Assembly: GCA_000708835.1 (NCBI GenBank)
Contig: DF236975.1
Span: 1 to 64,000, forward strand
Direction of reading: 5' to 3'
Source: Klebsormidium nitens
Lineage: Eukaryota; Plantae; Klebsormidiophyceae
Length of the DNA: 64,000 nucleotides
The translations under genes were made by a program, and so were the position numbers. Shown here piece after piece: positions 47,828 to 60,355 of the stretch. Position 1 is the stretch's first letter. Every line of letters starts with the position of its first letter. Below the pieces are notes generated by a model. It was given only the letters and a program-made list of their open reading frames with translations, did not search any database and was not told where the DNA came from.

Positions 47828-50800
47828 CTACTCGACCTGCCTAAAGATCTTTTCGCGCTCTTCGCCCCACTTTGGCACGGTTACGAGCATGGCCGCCGCG
47901 CAGTAGTAGTAGTTGATGCTCGGCTCATTTCCCTCCGCCACCCCAAACTTGCCCACATCCCAGAATTTGGAATGGCCGATGCACCACTCGATATCTTTCT
48001 GACGCTCCTCGGTCATCGAGGTGAACGTATACCTGAACTCATGGGCGTGGGCCATGTTGGTCCGATGTGTGTAATCCAATCCAGACAGCGGGGCCAAGAC
48101 GTCGATCAGCCCGTTTCCGTAGCCTGTGACGCGACCCTTCGTAAAGCGCCTCTGCGTGACCGCCCCTTTTGTCTTCCTAACGACCTTGAACCCGTCCGCT
48201 TTCAGCTCTTCATCTTGCGAAACGACGTCCGCTCCCGTTCCGGTCTGCGACGTCGCCGGAATCCTGCGAGGCGCCACCTCTTCGCCGTCCGAATCGGCGT
48301 CCGTTTCCGGTTCCTCCTCACCTTCCGTGTCGCCCTCCAGCTTGTACAAGTGTACGAATCGGACGTGGAGTCCGAGCGTTTTCGCATCCGCGAAGAGAAC
48401 GGCGTCCGCGCCTTTCAGCAGCGGCGCGGGGCGCTCGGCGAAGGCGTGGCTCGTGTGGGGGTAGCGGTGCTGAAAGAAAGGAAAGCCTTAAAAAGCCGTT
48501 GATCTGGGGATAGTGAAATAGTAAGTGCCAACTAGGGGCGGGTGTGGTTAGTCTGATGATTAAGGGTAAGTACGCATCGTAGTATGGAGGTGGAATGGAG
48601 GGTTCCAATTTCAATTCTAAAATGTAAAGGTTCCGACGTACATAATCCAATTTTTCTTGCAATCCTGTATGTTGCTTCACATCTGAATTGAGTCAACAAG
48701 GCCGTCACGGTGCTAGCAAACTGTTCTTGGGTCTCTCCTAAAGTCGTAAAGAAGGCTACTGCAACGCGCAAGTCACCTGTTCACGAGTCAAAGAATCAGA
48801 ACCTTCAAGGGTCAGATTTGAGGGTACAGCACTGACGTGCTTGCACTTTTTACTTTCGCTGTCAAAGTGGCTGTACGACATCGAGGCGCGACAGCGTTCC
48901 GGTCCCTTGACTAGGACACGATCGAAGGATAGAGCGAACGCCCCTTTTGGACCTTACCCCTACCCTAAAACCATCAGAATCCGACAAACTCTAAAGCCAT
49001 AAACCTGCACGGAGAAGGGAGGAGGCCTGCCTCAAAATGATAGCAACTCTTGTCAAACACAGATTTCAGAGAAGAAAGAAAGTTGGACAGGGGGCCAGAC
49101 CTAACCAGAGATCCAAACAGCTCGTTAAGCGGGAAGGGTTGGCACTTACCTGGCACATAAAGCCCAGCCTGCCGCCGTCATACATGAAGCTCTGCTGACT
49201 GAGAGAATTCAGGAGCGTCTGGTAAAGGCGCACGTGGCGCATGTCCGACGATGGTCCGAACGGCCTCTCTGGCGCGGGGCGGGCGTCCGCGTAGAGATTG
49301 TACGTCAGCGTGACGCGGTAGTGGCGGGTCACCTCCTTCACCTGCAATCGTGCACAGAGTTTGATGTCAAGCCCACAGAATCCCTTTTGTTGACCAGGAA
49401 TCCTTCCTCCCTAAACTCAAGTCTGGTGCTTCAGAGCAAAGGTAATCACGTCTTCTTGATGAAGGAGAACAACTTTCGTCTAGATATGCAACCAAACAAG
49501 TGTTCTTGGGAAAAGGGCGTTGGAGCAGCATTTCGATTCAATAGCATATTGTGACGAGGACGAGACTCTGATTCTTGCATCTGGAAGATCCTAATCTCCT
49601 GGCGTCTGAACGGTTCGTAGGTTTGGTTCTAGGGAACAAATCACCTCGTGTTCACAGTCGGAGTAGAGCGCGACCCATTGGATCGCGCTCCCTGATTTGC
49701 TGCTCCAGTCAATGACTGACGTCACGCTGCCGCGGCGGATGTGGAGCTCCCCGCCTTCGTGCTCAAACGGCAGGCACACCACCAGCGAGCCGAACATGTC
49801 CTCGCGGCGCGGTGTGTCCACGTGGCTCTTGAAAAAGTCGCCAGTTCTGTGAGCAAATAGAGATTTAGGTATACGAAAATTTTTGCCAGGATAGGCTGCT
49901 CACTCTTTAATTAAAACTGCAGCAAATGCGAAGCCCTTTTTGACGCAGCTAGATTGCATCCGTATGAGGAACTTGCTGAGTTAAGGGGAGTGCATAGTGC
50001 CTCAGTCACATCCGTCCTCAATGAGGACTTGGCTGGATCCAATGGATTGAACAATGCCTCCTGGATCAAGGTTGCGCATTTGCTCCGGTTGCCAGCCTTT
50101 GAAGAAACATGTTGATAACTCTCTAATCCGTCAGTTCCAAACAGATCTTTGAATCATGCATAAAGAGAACGATATCCGAAATATCAATCACAGCAGGTGG
50201 AGCAGCTTCCTTGCCTGTAGACGTTCAGTTTGTGGAGCTCCGCCCTGATGCCAAGCGCGTCCGGAGCCATCACCCGTTGGATTTCGGACAGGATGCTGTA
50301 TTCGGACAGGTTGAAAGTGCAGCAGTAATCTTCACCCAGCTTGAGAGCTTTCCTGCAACATTAGGTCAGATTATCGATTTGAGAAACGCTTTCGTTCAGA
50401 TTAAGGGGACTTTGAGTTGAGTGCCTCGGCTTTGGTTATGTGGACCTATAGCGAAACTCGAATATTGACTGAGTGGTTCGCAATGCACTAAGCCTTGTTG
50501 TTTCCAGAATCAGCAGAATTTAGGGGAAGCAATGCAAGTTGTGCTCTTCGTAACTCGTGGACAAACGGAGTGGTAAAACGAGTTTGCTGAGAATCTTGGT
50601 TTTAGAGGAGAATCAAAGGCAGGTCGTGATAAAGCAAGAGATTTACCATTCAAAGACTTAACGGCTCTTGCAAACTTCCTTCGGCAAAGAACACCTTCAA
50701 GTTACCTGTATGAAGGATCCAGAACATCCTCCTTCATTCTTCCAAAGGTTGCCTCCTCACAGGCGCTCATGAGGTCTTGGAATTCGTCCTCCTTCCCTCC

Positions 50801-51312
50801 TTTAAGGGGAACGTCCAGCATCTTGGGTTGACCCATACCATTCTTGGACTGCGCAGAAAAGAGAGAAGCAACTGCGTTGGAACTGCTTTTGTTTTGTTTC
50901 GAATGATTTTAGGTAGTTCAAAACTGTTCGAGCTGGTTGTTGTGAGTACATCCATATGAGGAAACGGTGTTTTGACAAGTTCTTAAGTACCCTTGTACAT
51001 GTTCTTCCAGGACCGTCTGACGACACACTCAATGGAAGCCTGTGTGCTGAGGCCTTAAGTTCGCCTTCGAATGAGATGACATCATTTCATTTCACAAGGG
51101 AACGAAAGTGACAACGGCCCTACCTGCACGTAGAATATCTTCAAACCACCAGACGGAATCTCCACAGCACCAGCATAGCAGAATGTCGCTGTCAGCTTTT
51201 CAGCGTCGCTGCCAATCTGATCCAGCAACGCGTCGCAGCACATGTCCAACAGCTTTGACGGGCCTTCGCCGCCACCTGCTTGCGGTTTAGTTTTGACAGG
51301 GTCCGGCGCCAT
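47828..51312 (-). CDS. 2OG-Fe(II) oxygenase superfamily protein
   Basis: Exons from ATG 51312: ACEEATFGR..EDVLDPSYRKALKL, AELHKLNVYRTGDFFKSHVDTPRREDMFGSLVVCLPFEHEGGEL, WVALYSDCEHEVKEVTRHYRVTLTYNL, LGFMCQHRYPH..LKGADAVL. HxD...H triad and the R-x-T 2OG-binding motif are present. Confidence 0.88.
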
Positions 51313-53000
51313 GTTCAATCTTCACTTTCTTGACAGTGACTTGAAGCTGATTTGCTTCCGTGGCTGCAGATGCAACTAATATATAATGCATCTACTGAAG
51401 AGTGTGAGAACAGAGCATCATAATCTTGAGTTGGTAGCTTCATAGAATGAAGCCACCGGCGCTCCCGTCAATCGATATATAGGATTTGATGATCAGACTA
51501 CCGATCGAGGCCGGCGGCGCGGGCGGCTTACCTGGCCCGCACCGTAATGCTTCAGGGTTTGGGTTTGGTCGAGTCTTCACGAAGTGACACCTGGCAACTT
51601 GGCGACACGCCACCAAAACCCGACACTTGGCAGCGTCTGATTGCTTGAAAGTGTCCGCCATGGCGCCTCACTTTCCCCTTGCCGGTGCAGGAGCATCTTC
51701 TTTCCTGGCGGCTGCAGCCGGGCCCCAGCAGGGCTGCAGCAACATCATCATTGGTTCCTGCACATCATTTCTTCCAGCCTTACATCAACATTGAAACCTT
51801 GACAGCCCCTGCATCTGTTTGTGAGCACGTCAGCCTAGCATTAGCGAGCGGCCATGCCACCAGCTGATTGCCTCTTGGCTCAAACAACTTCCAATCAAAT
51901 AAGATTATGCTTTGGAGTTATTGACAGACTACCGCGATCAAATCAGGCATGCTCAAATGTCTGTTGCACACTTAGGAGGCCTCTGAAGTTGGTTGGTAGT
52001 TGCAAGCTTCGCTCTGGTGCATTTGACCTGCATAAAACGGGCCAACTTCGGTTGCACAGCAGGACGTTTGGACAAAAGCAGCAGGTGAAGGGGACAAGGA
52101 GCATTGTGGGACAGAAAAGTAACATGGGAGCCTCAGAGGCTGCGGAGGTAAGCTTGAATAAGGGGTTAATAAACCGTGCCGAAAGAGAGAGTTGCAATGT
52201 CCTGCAGACTCTACCTTCAATATCAGCTGTAATGTGGACACGTGCTCATATGTCGACGTCTCTAGTAGCGTAAACACTTTTTTTTAATATATGAATTTCG
52301 TCAATCTCTGTTACATGTGTAGCAGTACCAGCACTCCACCTGGTACGCTCAGATCGTGCACTTGAGAATTTCTCTCTCTTTGTTCGGAGGATTATGCATA
52401 CTACTATGCAATTTTGAACAAAAAAGTTAGAATCTTCCAACTCATGGCAGTTGGGCAGTAAGGGCGCCTTCTTCTTTTCGATTCAGACTTGCATCCTTCT
52501 AGATCGTTGTTGGGTAATGTCCCGAAGTAACGTGGAGTTGATCGGTACGCAGCCTGATGCTGGCTGGCTTTCAGTGTGTTCTCAAGATTTTTGCATTACC
52601 ACTCTCGTCAAACCTTTGCTTTTTAAAACCAATCAAAGTGCTCCTTACCGCAACGCCCTTGAAAGCATCCTTGATGAAACCTTCTGAAATGTTTTAACTG
52701 CTAGATGTTGTTGCGATAACTCTGGCACATCTGTGGAAAAGGAGGAGATATTGACCTTCGAATCTAAACCCACCTGCTCTTCCCATAGGGGTGGAAGCTG
52801 AAAGCCTAGAATCTGATCTCGAAAACAGCAGCTACGTCCCTCCTCTCACGTTGGCCTTATCTGGTTGGCAATCAGCCGACATCTCTTCTTTTGGACGTCA
52901 TCTATCTGACTTGGAAGGATGCAAGGATGTTGAGTGGTAAACTCAATTTGATGATTGGGCAGGCTATATTCAAAAAGCTTAAAACCACATTCCTGTGCAG

Positions 53001-56000
53001 ACGGATCGCAACATGGCCATCGGGGCTGGGGTGACGCCCCTCTTCCCTGGGTTCAACGACCTATACTACAGTGACACCGCGACATGCGAGTCGAGGTTTC
53101 GGAATGGATACTTCGACGAGTCGGACAAAGACCCGTTGGCGTTTATGACGCTGCGAAACCAGGTTCAGTTGAGCACGTATGGGAACAGCATTGGGAAGAA
53201 CATGAAGGATCTGTATCGGTTTGTCAGCGACCACTTGAGAGGTGAGTTTGCAAAATTGACTAAGCTGTCCAACTGGAACAAATCCCTTGATTCTGCTCTG
53301 GCCCTTCACTTCAAAGCTTGGCTTGCATTGGTTGAGCTGAAAGTACGCTACTTTAGTGATGTAGATAGTGCTGGGAGCTAGACGGAAAAGGCAAGTAGTC
53401 ATGCAAGTAGAACATGCTGCCACCGGTAGGGCTCATCTTGTTCTGAAATAGGAGATATAGTTGCTCTCCAGCCACCAGTTCCTATAGCCAATGAAAGCAC
53501 TTGAGATTGGAGTTCTATTAGGGATGAATAGCTGCATTAGACTGAACATTTTGATGGGAGGGTAAAGACTCAGGAGAAGTATGTGCAAGCAAGACTTCGA
53601 GCTGACTCTTCTGCCTTGCAGGCGCCATTGGCAGTGTCCACTTGCTGCCGATCTACCCCTCCTCTGGGGATGGCGGTTTTGCACCGATAGCTTATACGAG
53701 CGTCGACCCGGAGATGGGCTCATGGGATGACGTCAAAACGATTTCGGACCGCTACGATCTGTGCGTGGAATTCATGGTCAACCACATATCGCCGGAATCG
53801 GACCAGTTTAAGGACTTTATCCAGAAAGGGGATGACTCGGAGTTTGCGGAGATGTTCATTGACTGGGACAAGTTCTGGCCCGAAGGTGAACTACATTGGC
53901 CATTCTTTCAATTCCTGAATGATCCGGACTCTTTCTGTACCACGTAGTTGAGAATGCAGGTGTAGCAATCTTCTTAGGCAAGCTTCCTGTTGAGCGCAAG
54001 GGAGTCACTCGTGGAGACTATACTTGTGGTATTGAACCAAATAAAGGAGGCGTACTTGATTGATCTTGAAAAGCTGAAGGTGAAGTCTCTCCCGAGTCCG
54101 TTTGCTTCGATCGAATTGGAGGGAGGGCTTAAATATCTGTCGAGGCAGACTCATCAAGACGTTTTTCAGCCTGAACCTTACGGGCTGACTCAAGTTCGGT
54201 CAAACTTCGTGTGCCTGATCAAGGTGTGACAGCAAAGAGTGCAGATCCGATGATGAAGCTAGAGCTTTTGGTTCCTTTTCAGGACGTCCGACCAAGGAGG
54301 ACCTAGCGCGAATCCGGACGCGCAAGGGAGAGGCGCCCGTCTTGGAGGTAGAGATGGCGGACGGGAGCAAGCGGCGGGTCTGGTGCACCTTTGGCCCGCA
54401 GCAGATAGACATCAACCCAATGACTCCCGCGGGTAAGAAAAGTTTCTCTCGTCGTCATGGGGAGGATTGGAAGGGGCGGTCGTGGCTGTTCGTTTGGTGA
54501 GAACTTCTCTCACTTACAATTTGCTCGAGAAGCCTGGCGCTCGCAAGTCGCTAACGGAAAGAGTATTTTGGATGAGTTCAGTTGGGTGTGCCTCAGTCGG
54601 GGGACGGAAGCAAGCGCGAGCTGATGCTCGTTTTGGGCTTGCTTCATCCCCTGATCTCTAACCGAAAGACAGAAGATTGAACACTCCCGTTCCGTCGGGT
54701 TTTCAACGTCGAGGGAACTGATACCAAGCTCTGCTATTGGGAAACGGAGGGCAAAGGAGCCTGCCTGATTCTGACGAACGTTACCTACTGCTGACGTGCG
54801 GGTACGCTTTTTGTATCGTGCAGGTTGGAAGTTCGTGCACACGTCCATCTGCAGCCTTTACAACAAGGGGGCACGTGTCATCCGCCTGGACGCCTTTGGG
54901 TACTTCACCAAAAAGCTGGGAACGCGCTGCTTCTTCGAGGTGAGGAGGCTCCTTTTGGCAAAGTACCCCGCCTATGGTGGTAAATTGTAACTGCGGCTCG
55001 GGGTAGAGATCCGCTGTCAGGCGTTCTGCTTTCTCTCAGAATGACCTTATCCGGTAGTCTGGGCGCTTCGACGAAGTTTATACAGAGAGCGATTGATAAG
55101 AGGCCTGCGCTGGGCGGGGGGGAGGGAGGCCAAGCCACCGACCGACATTTTCACGAGCCCGCCCGCATAGAAGACAATGAGTCATGCTGGACTGCGGTTT
55201 TCCCGGAGCGGCCGTTTAAAGTTCAAAGGCGACATATGCTTGTGGTGTTCCACTGCTTGGATCGCTTTGAATGGTTATTGTTCGGACCTTCTGATTGTTA
55301 CTTCAAGGAATGGCGCTTGCGGCTGGTCATGATTGTCTTTTCGACCGTATGGACCGACAAGTGGCGATAATTTCAATGGTCACTTTCACCTATGGTGCCA
55401 CACGTCATCGGTGTCAGATAGACTGTACGGTTCGCCTGACCGCGGATGCTGCGCGTGCAGGAGCCGGAGAGCTGGGAGCTGTTGGAGAACATCGAGAAGC
55501 TTGTAGAGGAACGGGGCATCAGGTACGCAAAATCTTCGCCAGTCTGAAGATTTCAGGTTTGGTTGAGCAGCGGACCCCTGTCCTTTGCAGGGTTGAATGC
55601 CATGACAGAACCGCGCCTGTCAAACCAGACTCCTGGTGCTGAGTACCTGGTCCAGACAGAGCAAATCCTTGTAGATTCCATCAAACTCGAACGGTTGTGG
55701 TTGCGCAGCGCTACCTAAAACATGACCCTGGCCAGCTAACACCCGGCAGCTTCTGAGTTCTCTTAAGTTCAACGGCCGCTTTGAGAAGCTGAGACTCCGG
55801 GCGCTCGATTGCAAGCTTCTGGAATCAAGAGATACGCCGCTCTGTGTCTCGGCTCTGCATTCCCAGCCGCTTGTGCAAACGATCACAAAATTAACTCGCT
55901 TTACGAGTTCTTCGATAGTTCGATCTTTATCTGACGATCGCACGGTCCAGATTGCTTTGCGAGGTGCACGAGGAGTACGAGACGAACCTGAAGATCGCGG

Positions 56001-57410
56001 AGCGCGGCTACTGGGTGTACGACTTCGCTCTCCCGCTCCTAGTTCTCCACGCCTTCCACTTCCGGACTGCCGAAAATCTGAGACATTGGCTCCACATCTG
56101 CCCGCGGCGGCAGATCACCGTTTTGGATACGCACGACGGGATGGGGATTGATGACATTTCGGGACTGGCTACGGTGAGCGGCATGCGTACTTTGCAGTCT
56201 GGATCTGGTCTCGTGTGCTCGCGCTTTCGTTTGGCTGGTTGGTCTTATTACCCGGACAGCCTGATAGTGCCGTCGAAACCTTTCATGGCTGTAGAGTGCG
56301 GATGATAATATGGGGGACAGGAAGCGCCGACATTCTTAAATCAAATGGAAGACCTCTGCTTCGTGGGACCTCGTAACGGTCTCTTCGTTTGTGCGTCTTT
56401 GCCTGGGTGTGCCAGTTCTTTCGCCGTCCCCCTTCTTTGTAAGAGCCTTTTGTCGTTTTTCACCCGCTTCCAGTGGATAGAGATTCTTTGGAAGATCTCG
56501 ATGCCGTTGCGTCATTGACAAATTACTTGCCGTCAACTTTGCGAGCGGGGGCTCCTTCATGAATGCCGATCACGTAGTGCGCTTCGCTTCCAAAAACATC
56601 CCAATCCGTCGGCATCATTGCAGTCAGGCTGAAACATGCACATCTCAGAAAGGCACGACCAGTCAGCACCGAGAGAGACTAGTGAACCCCCTGAGGCCGT
56701 GCAAAAGCTTCTTTCTGTTTGCTGACCATCACTTCGCTTCGCAGGTGTGCGATACGGAGGAATTGAAAAAGATTGCGTCCGAGGCGCAGTCCAAAAACCT
56801 TGCGTCTATCACGCCGAAGTTCCTGTACGACCCGGAAAAGTCGGTCTACGTGTCCAACCCGCACCAAATCAACTGTACATACTACTCCGCGTGCGAGCAA
56901 GAGGACCATCTATACCTTTTGGCGCGCGCCATACAATTCTTTTGCCCGGGGATCCCGCTAGTGTACTACGTCGGGATGCTGGCCGGCAGTAACGACCTGT
57001 GCCTGGCGAAGAGAACCGGCAGCGGACGGGAGATAAACCGGCACCGGTACTCGTACGAGCAGGCGGTCGAAGAAGTGCAAAGACCGGTCGTGCAGACTCT
57101 GCTAGAAATGTGCCGGTTCCGGAATCAGCACCCCGCGTTTCGCGGGCGGATGCACGTGGAAGATGACGTGCCGGGCCACGTGCTGGTGGTGACGTGGCAG
57201 AACGGGGAGGCGCGCGCGACGCTGACCGTCGATTTCCAGACCAAGGCGTACAACATAGCGCATACTGGGCACGATCATAAGGAGGGGGACGAGTTGCGGG
57301 TTGTGCGGTTTGAGAGGGGTGGGGAGGGGTCTCACGAGGACAGCATTCTGGGTTTGGATACGACCGTGCGAATGGCGCCAGAGCGGGGGGAGATGGTTGT
57401 CTCGGCCTGA
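53001..57410 (+). CDS. GH13_18 glycoside phosphorylase (sucrose / sucrose-6'-phosphate phosphorylase-like)
   Basis: Exons 53001-53241, 53622-53885, 54283-54432, 54824-54939, 55461-55522, 55951-56173, 56745-57410, all GT-AG and in phase. NQVQLSTYGNSIG, VHLLPIYPSSGDGGFAP, FMVNHIS, VWCTFGPQQIDIN, IRLDAFGY (nucleophile), CEVH (acid/base), TVLDTHDG, HQINCTYYSA, ARAIQFFCPGIPLVYYVGMLAG, REINRH. Confidence 0.93.
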
Positions 57411-58029
57411 AGGAAGCATAAAGTATTGCAGGCGCGCGCCGCAACCGTCAGGTCGATTGGCCTTATTGTATTTATCTATTCTCGAATCGCAAGTATTGAA
57501 TACTTTCAGTTAAAGCAGAGGAAGCATGAGTTGGGCAGTTGTGCCTGTGTATGAACAGTTGGTGGTCGATAAAAGCTAACGGCGCTTCTGCGAATTCTTG
57601 GTCAAAAAGGAGAGTATAAAGCATGCAGATTTGGACAGCGTGAACGATTCATCAATGTATTATCAATTGACGTACATTGTTCCTTAGCCGGTTGTAACAC
57701 ACACCATCGACAATTGATCCTAAGTAGCATGAAGCTGGGAATGAGTTCATCGACGAGAATATTGGGACGCTAATTGAATTGTATAAGGGCATAAACATCA
57801 CCTCTAGACTTCTCTTTTCCTGCGGCCATGTGAAAACAGAAATTTTCACGTCTGCCGTACGACTTCAGAAGCCCCTCCCTCTTCAAGGTGGGGCAAGGGG
57901 CACCGCCTACATAAAATGGCACACCGTCTACATGAAATGAGGGGGGATACGAAAATCGGACGAAAATCTGCAAGCGGCAAATGGTACACTGCTAAGCAAT
58001 TTATCACATTGAAGTTCAACAAACTCAGC

Positions 58030-59747
58030 TTATGAGAGCTTGCCTCTGCGCCAACCTACTGTAAACCCCCAGACCGAAGAAGCCATGTTCAGACACAACA
58101 ACCCCGACCCTGGGAACCTCTGCTTCTTCAGCTTGAGACGATTAAGACTTTTCAGCTTGACCAGGTGTGGCGCCAGAAACGCTGCGCCCTCATTCGAAAA
58201 GCTGTTACTTGCCAAATCTAATGAAGTTAGCTCTGTAAGCTTGCCTAATTCTGGCGCCAAGGCCGCTGCTCCCCCATCCTTGAAGGCGTTCCACCCCAGG
58301 TCAAGGTAGGTGAGCTTCGTGAGCTTGCCTAACTCAGGCGCCAAGACCACCGCGCCAGCATCATTGATGTAATTCACCCCCAGGTCAAGGTACCTTAGCT
58401 CTGTGAGTTTGCCTAACACTGGCGCCCAATGCGCCGTGGATTCTTTCTCCTCGTCCTCGGATTTTTCCTCCTCGTCCTCTCTCGGTTCTCTCCAGGTGTT
58501 TTTGCGCAGGATGAGTGAGGTGAGCCCAGTGAGCTTGCCCAACTCAGGGGCCAATGCCTCTACACCCTCATCGTCAAACCAGTTACGTCCTAGATTGAGA
58601 TACGTGAGCTTCGTAAGCTTGCCCAACATAGGCACTAAATCCACGGCTTCTCCAAAGTCATTCTCCCATAGATTCAGTGAGGTAAGCCCACCGAGTTATC
58701 CCACCTCAATCAGCTCTTGCATTTCATGGTCAATTAGATTGCCCAGAGCGTTTTCGCTCAGAATCAGACTTGTAAGCCCCTCATTCTTGCCTAATCCACG
58801 GGCCATGTGCGCTGCCCCTACAGCGGAAAGACGTGTGTCCCGCAGATCCAATGAGGTGAGCCCAACCAGATTCCCTAACTCAACCAGATTTTCTTCCCTC
58901 TCGTTGAGTATGTTTTCGCTAAGAATCAGAGTAGTCAGCCCCGTATTCTTGCCCAACCCGCGCGCCATGTACACTGCCCCTAAAGTGGAGATTTTTGTGT
59001 TGCTGAGATTCAACATAGTAAGCCCAGTGACCTTGCCTAGCCCGGACGCCACGGCGTCAGCGCCCTCGTCCTTGAGACTAGTCCCATGTAAATCCAGGAC
59101 TGTGAGCTTAGCGAACTGCCCCAGCTCAGGCGCCAAAAGCTGCCAGAAACCCTTGTGGTCGCTGCTGGGATACTCAGGGTCATAGCACCTTAATGGTGAA
59201 GACGACCTCGGTCGAACAAGAAGACCCCCCAAGCTAAGAGACCTTAGACCTTGCATATTGTGCAGCAGAAACAAAATCTTCTGAACCTTACAGCTATCAC
59301 TTGGGGTACACTCATCAGGATCCGCCACCAGACGAAAGTGCGAGCTGGTAGATTCAATTTCACTTAAAGCCTCCTGATCGGCAGCATGAGTGAACAGCGT
59401 CCAGCTCTTGCTATTGACACTCTTGTAGATATTCCTGAGCTTCTTGCTCGTGGATGCGAATGCGACCTCATCCCCACCGCCATCTTTTGCTACTTCCCCC
59501 ATAATTCTTCCGAGCACGTCGTCTGGCAGACTTTCAATCTGCACAACACAGTCCGTAGATCCAATCAGATAACTTACCCGAACAAGAAGGAGAATGGTAC
59601 TGAGCCCTTCTGAACAACAGCCGGCAACCTAGGGATCGGAATATCCACAAGCAAGCACCACAAGCACCACACTGAGCACCACTTAGTGCTTACCTCACTC
59701 TCCTCGTCGACCCCACTCGACAGATGCCTTCCTTCCGTGGGCGCCAT
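58030..59747 (-). pseudogene. F-box-like + ribonuclease-inhibitor-type LRR protein with an in-frame TAA
   Basis: Exon 1 59747-59694 (MAPTEGRHLSSGVDEESE) splices to IESLPDDVLGRIM at 59538. About 11 LRRs of ~28 aa (LGKLTxLTxLxLxxN). TAA at 58698-58696 with the same frame continuing in LRRs. Confidence 0.75.
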
Positions 59748-59901
59748 TTTGACTTGTACCTTCCCTCCTATGAATGTTCAATGACAAAGTATTCAGCCAA
59801 GCTGTAAACTAGCTTCGATCTGGGCGCGAGATTTTAAACTCAAGTGAATTCACTAAGAGTTTCCGAGCTTTTTCACTAGAAGGAAGCTTAGAAGGTGTTT
59901 A

Positions 59902-60355
59902 GGCCCCTCTTCCATCTAGCGGTCGGTCTTCGTAAATTCAAAAATGGAAGACCAGCTAGAAAGACCGGAGGAATGTGAAGCTGGCCAATAGGAATTTAGA
60001 GAATTGAATACCGACCGCTACTCAATGGAAGAGGTCTCCGGTCCTTCTTCCGGTCGGTCTTCGTGTTGAAAAGGGAAACACCAGTGGAGACTTGTACTCA
60101 ATCATTGGGTTTCGAGCCCCCACGGTGCGCGCCCCCTTCTCATTGGCCGAGTTCACCGATCAATTCGGAAGACCGGTGGGATTATTTCAGTACCGGCGGA
60201 ATCCAGCGGTAGTAAAATAAATACTTCTTGACCGCCGACGTGGCACGGAGTTTTCGGAAGACCGCTCAGTGTAAGACCGGTTTTCCGTATAAAAAGGGGT
60301 TTTGGCCAATGGGAATTTAGGAAAGGAAGACCGACCGCTAGATGGAAGAGGGGCC
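59902..60355. mobile_element. PIF/Harbinger (Tourist-like) MITE, 454 bp
   Basis: Perfect 30-bp TIR GGCCCCTCTTCCATCTAGCGGTCGGTCTTC (59902-59931 / 60326-60355), TTA on both flanks (59899-59901, 60356-60358), internal GAAGACCG/ACCGACCGCTA subrepeats, no coding capacity. Confidence 0.9.

Noticed and set aside
47762-48502. 246-aa plus ORF
   Set aside because: Antisense shadow of the last 2OG oxygenase exon.
53001-57410. Bacterial contamination as the source of the GH13_18 gene
   Set aside because: Six canonical in-phase spliceosomal introns and contiguity with eukaryotic genes.
58403-59185. 260-aa plus ORF with periodic VSPxxLPN
   Set aside because: Periodicity is the reverse complement of the LRR repeats.
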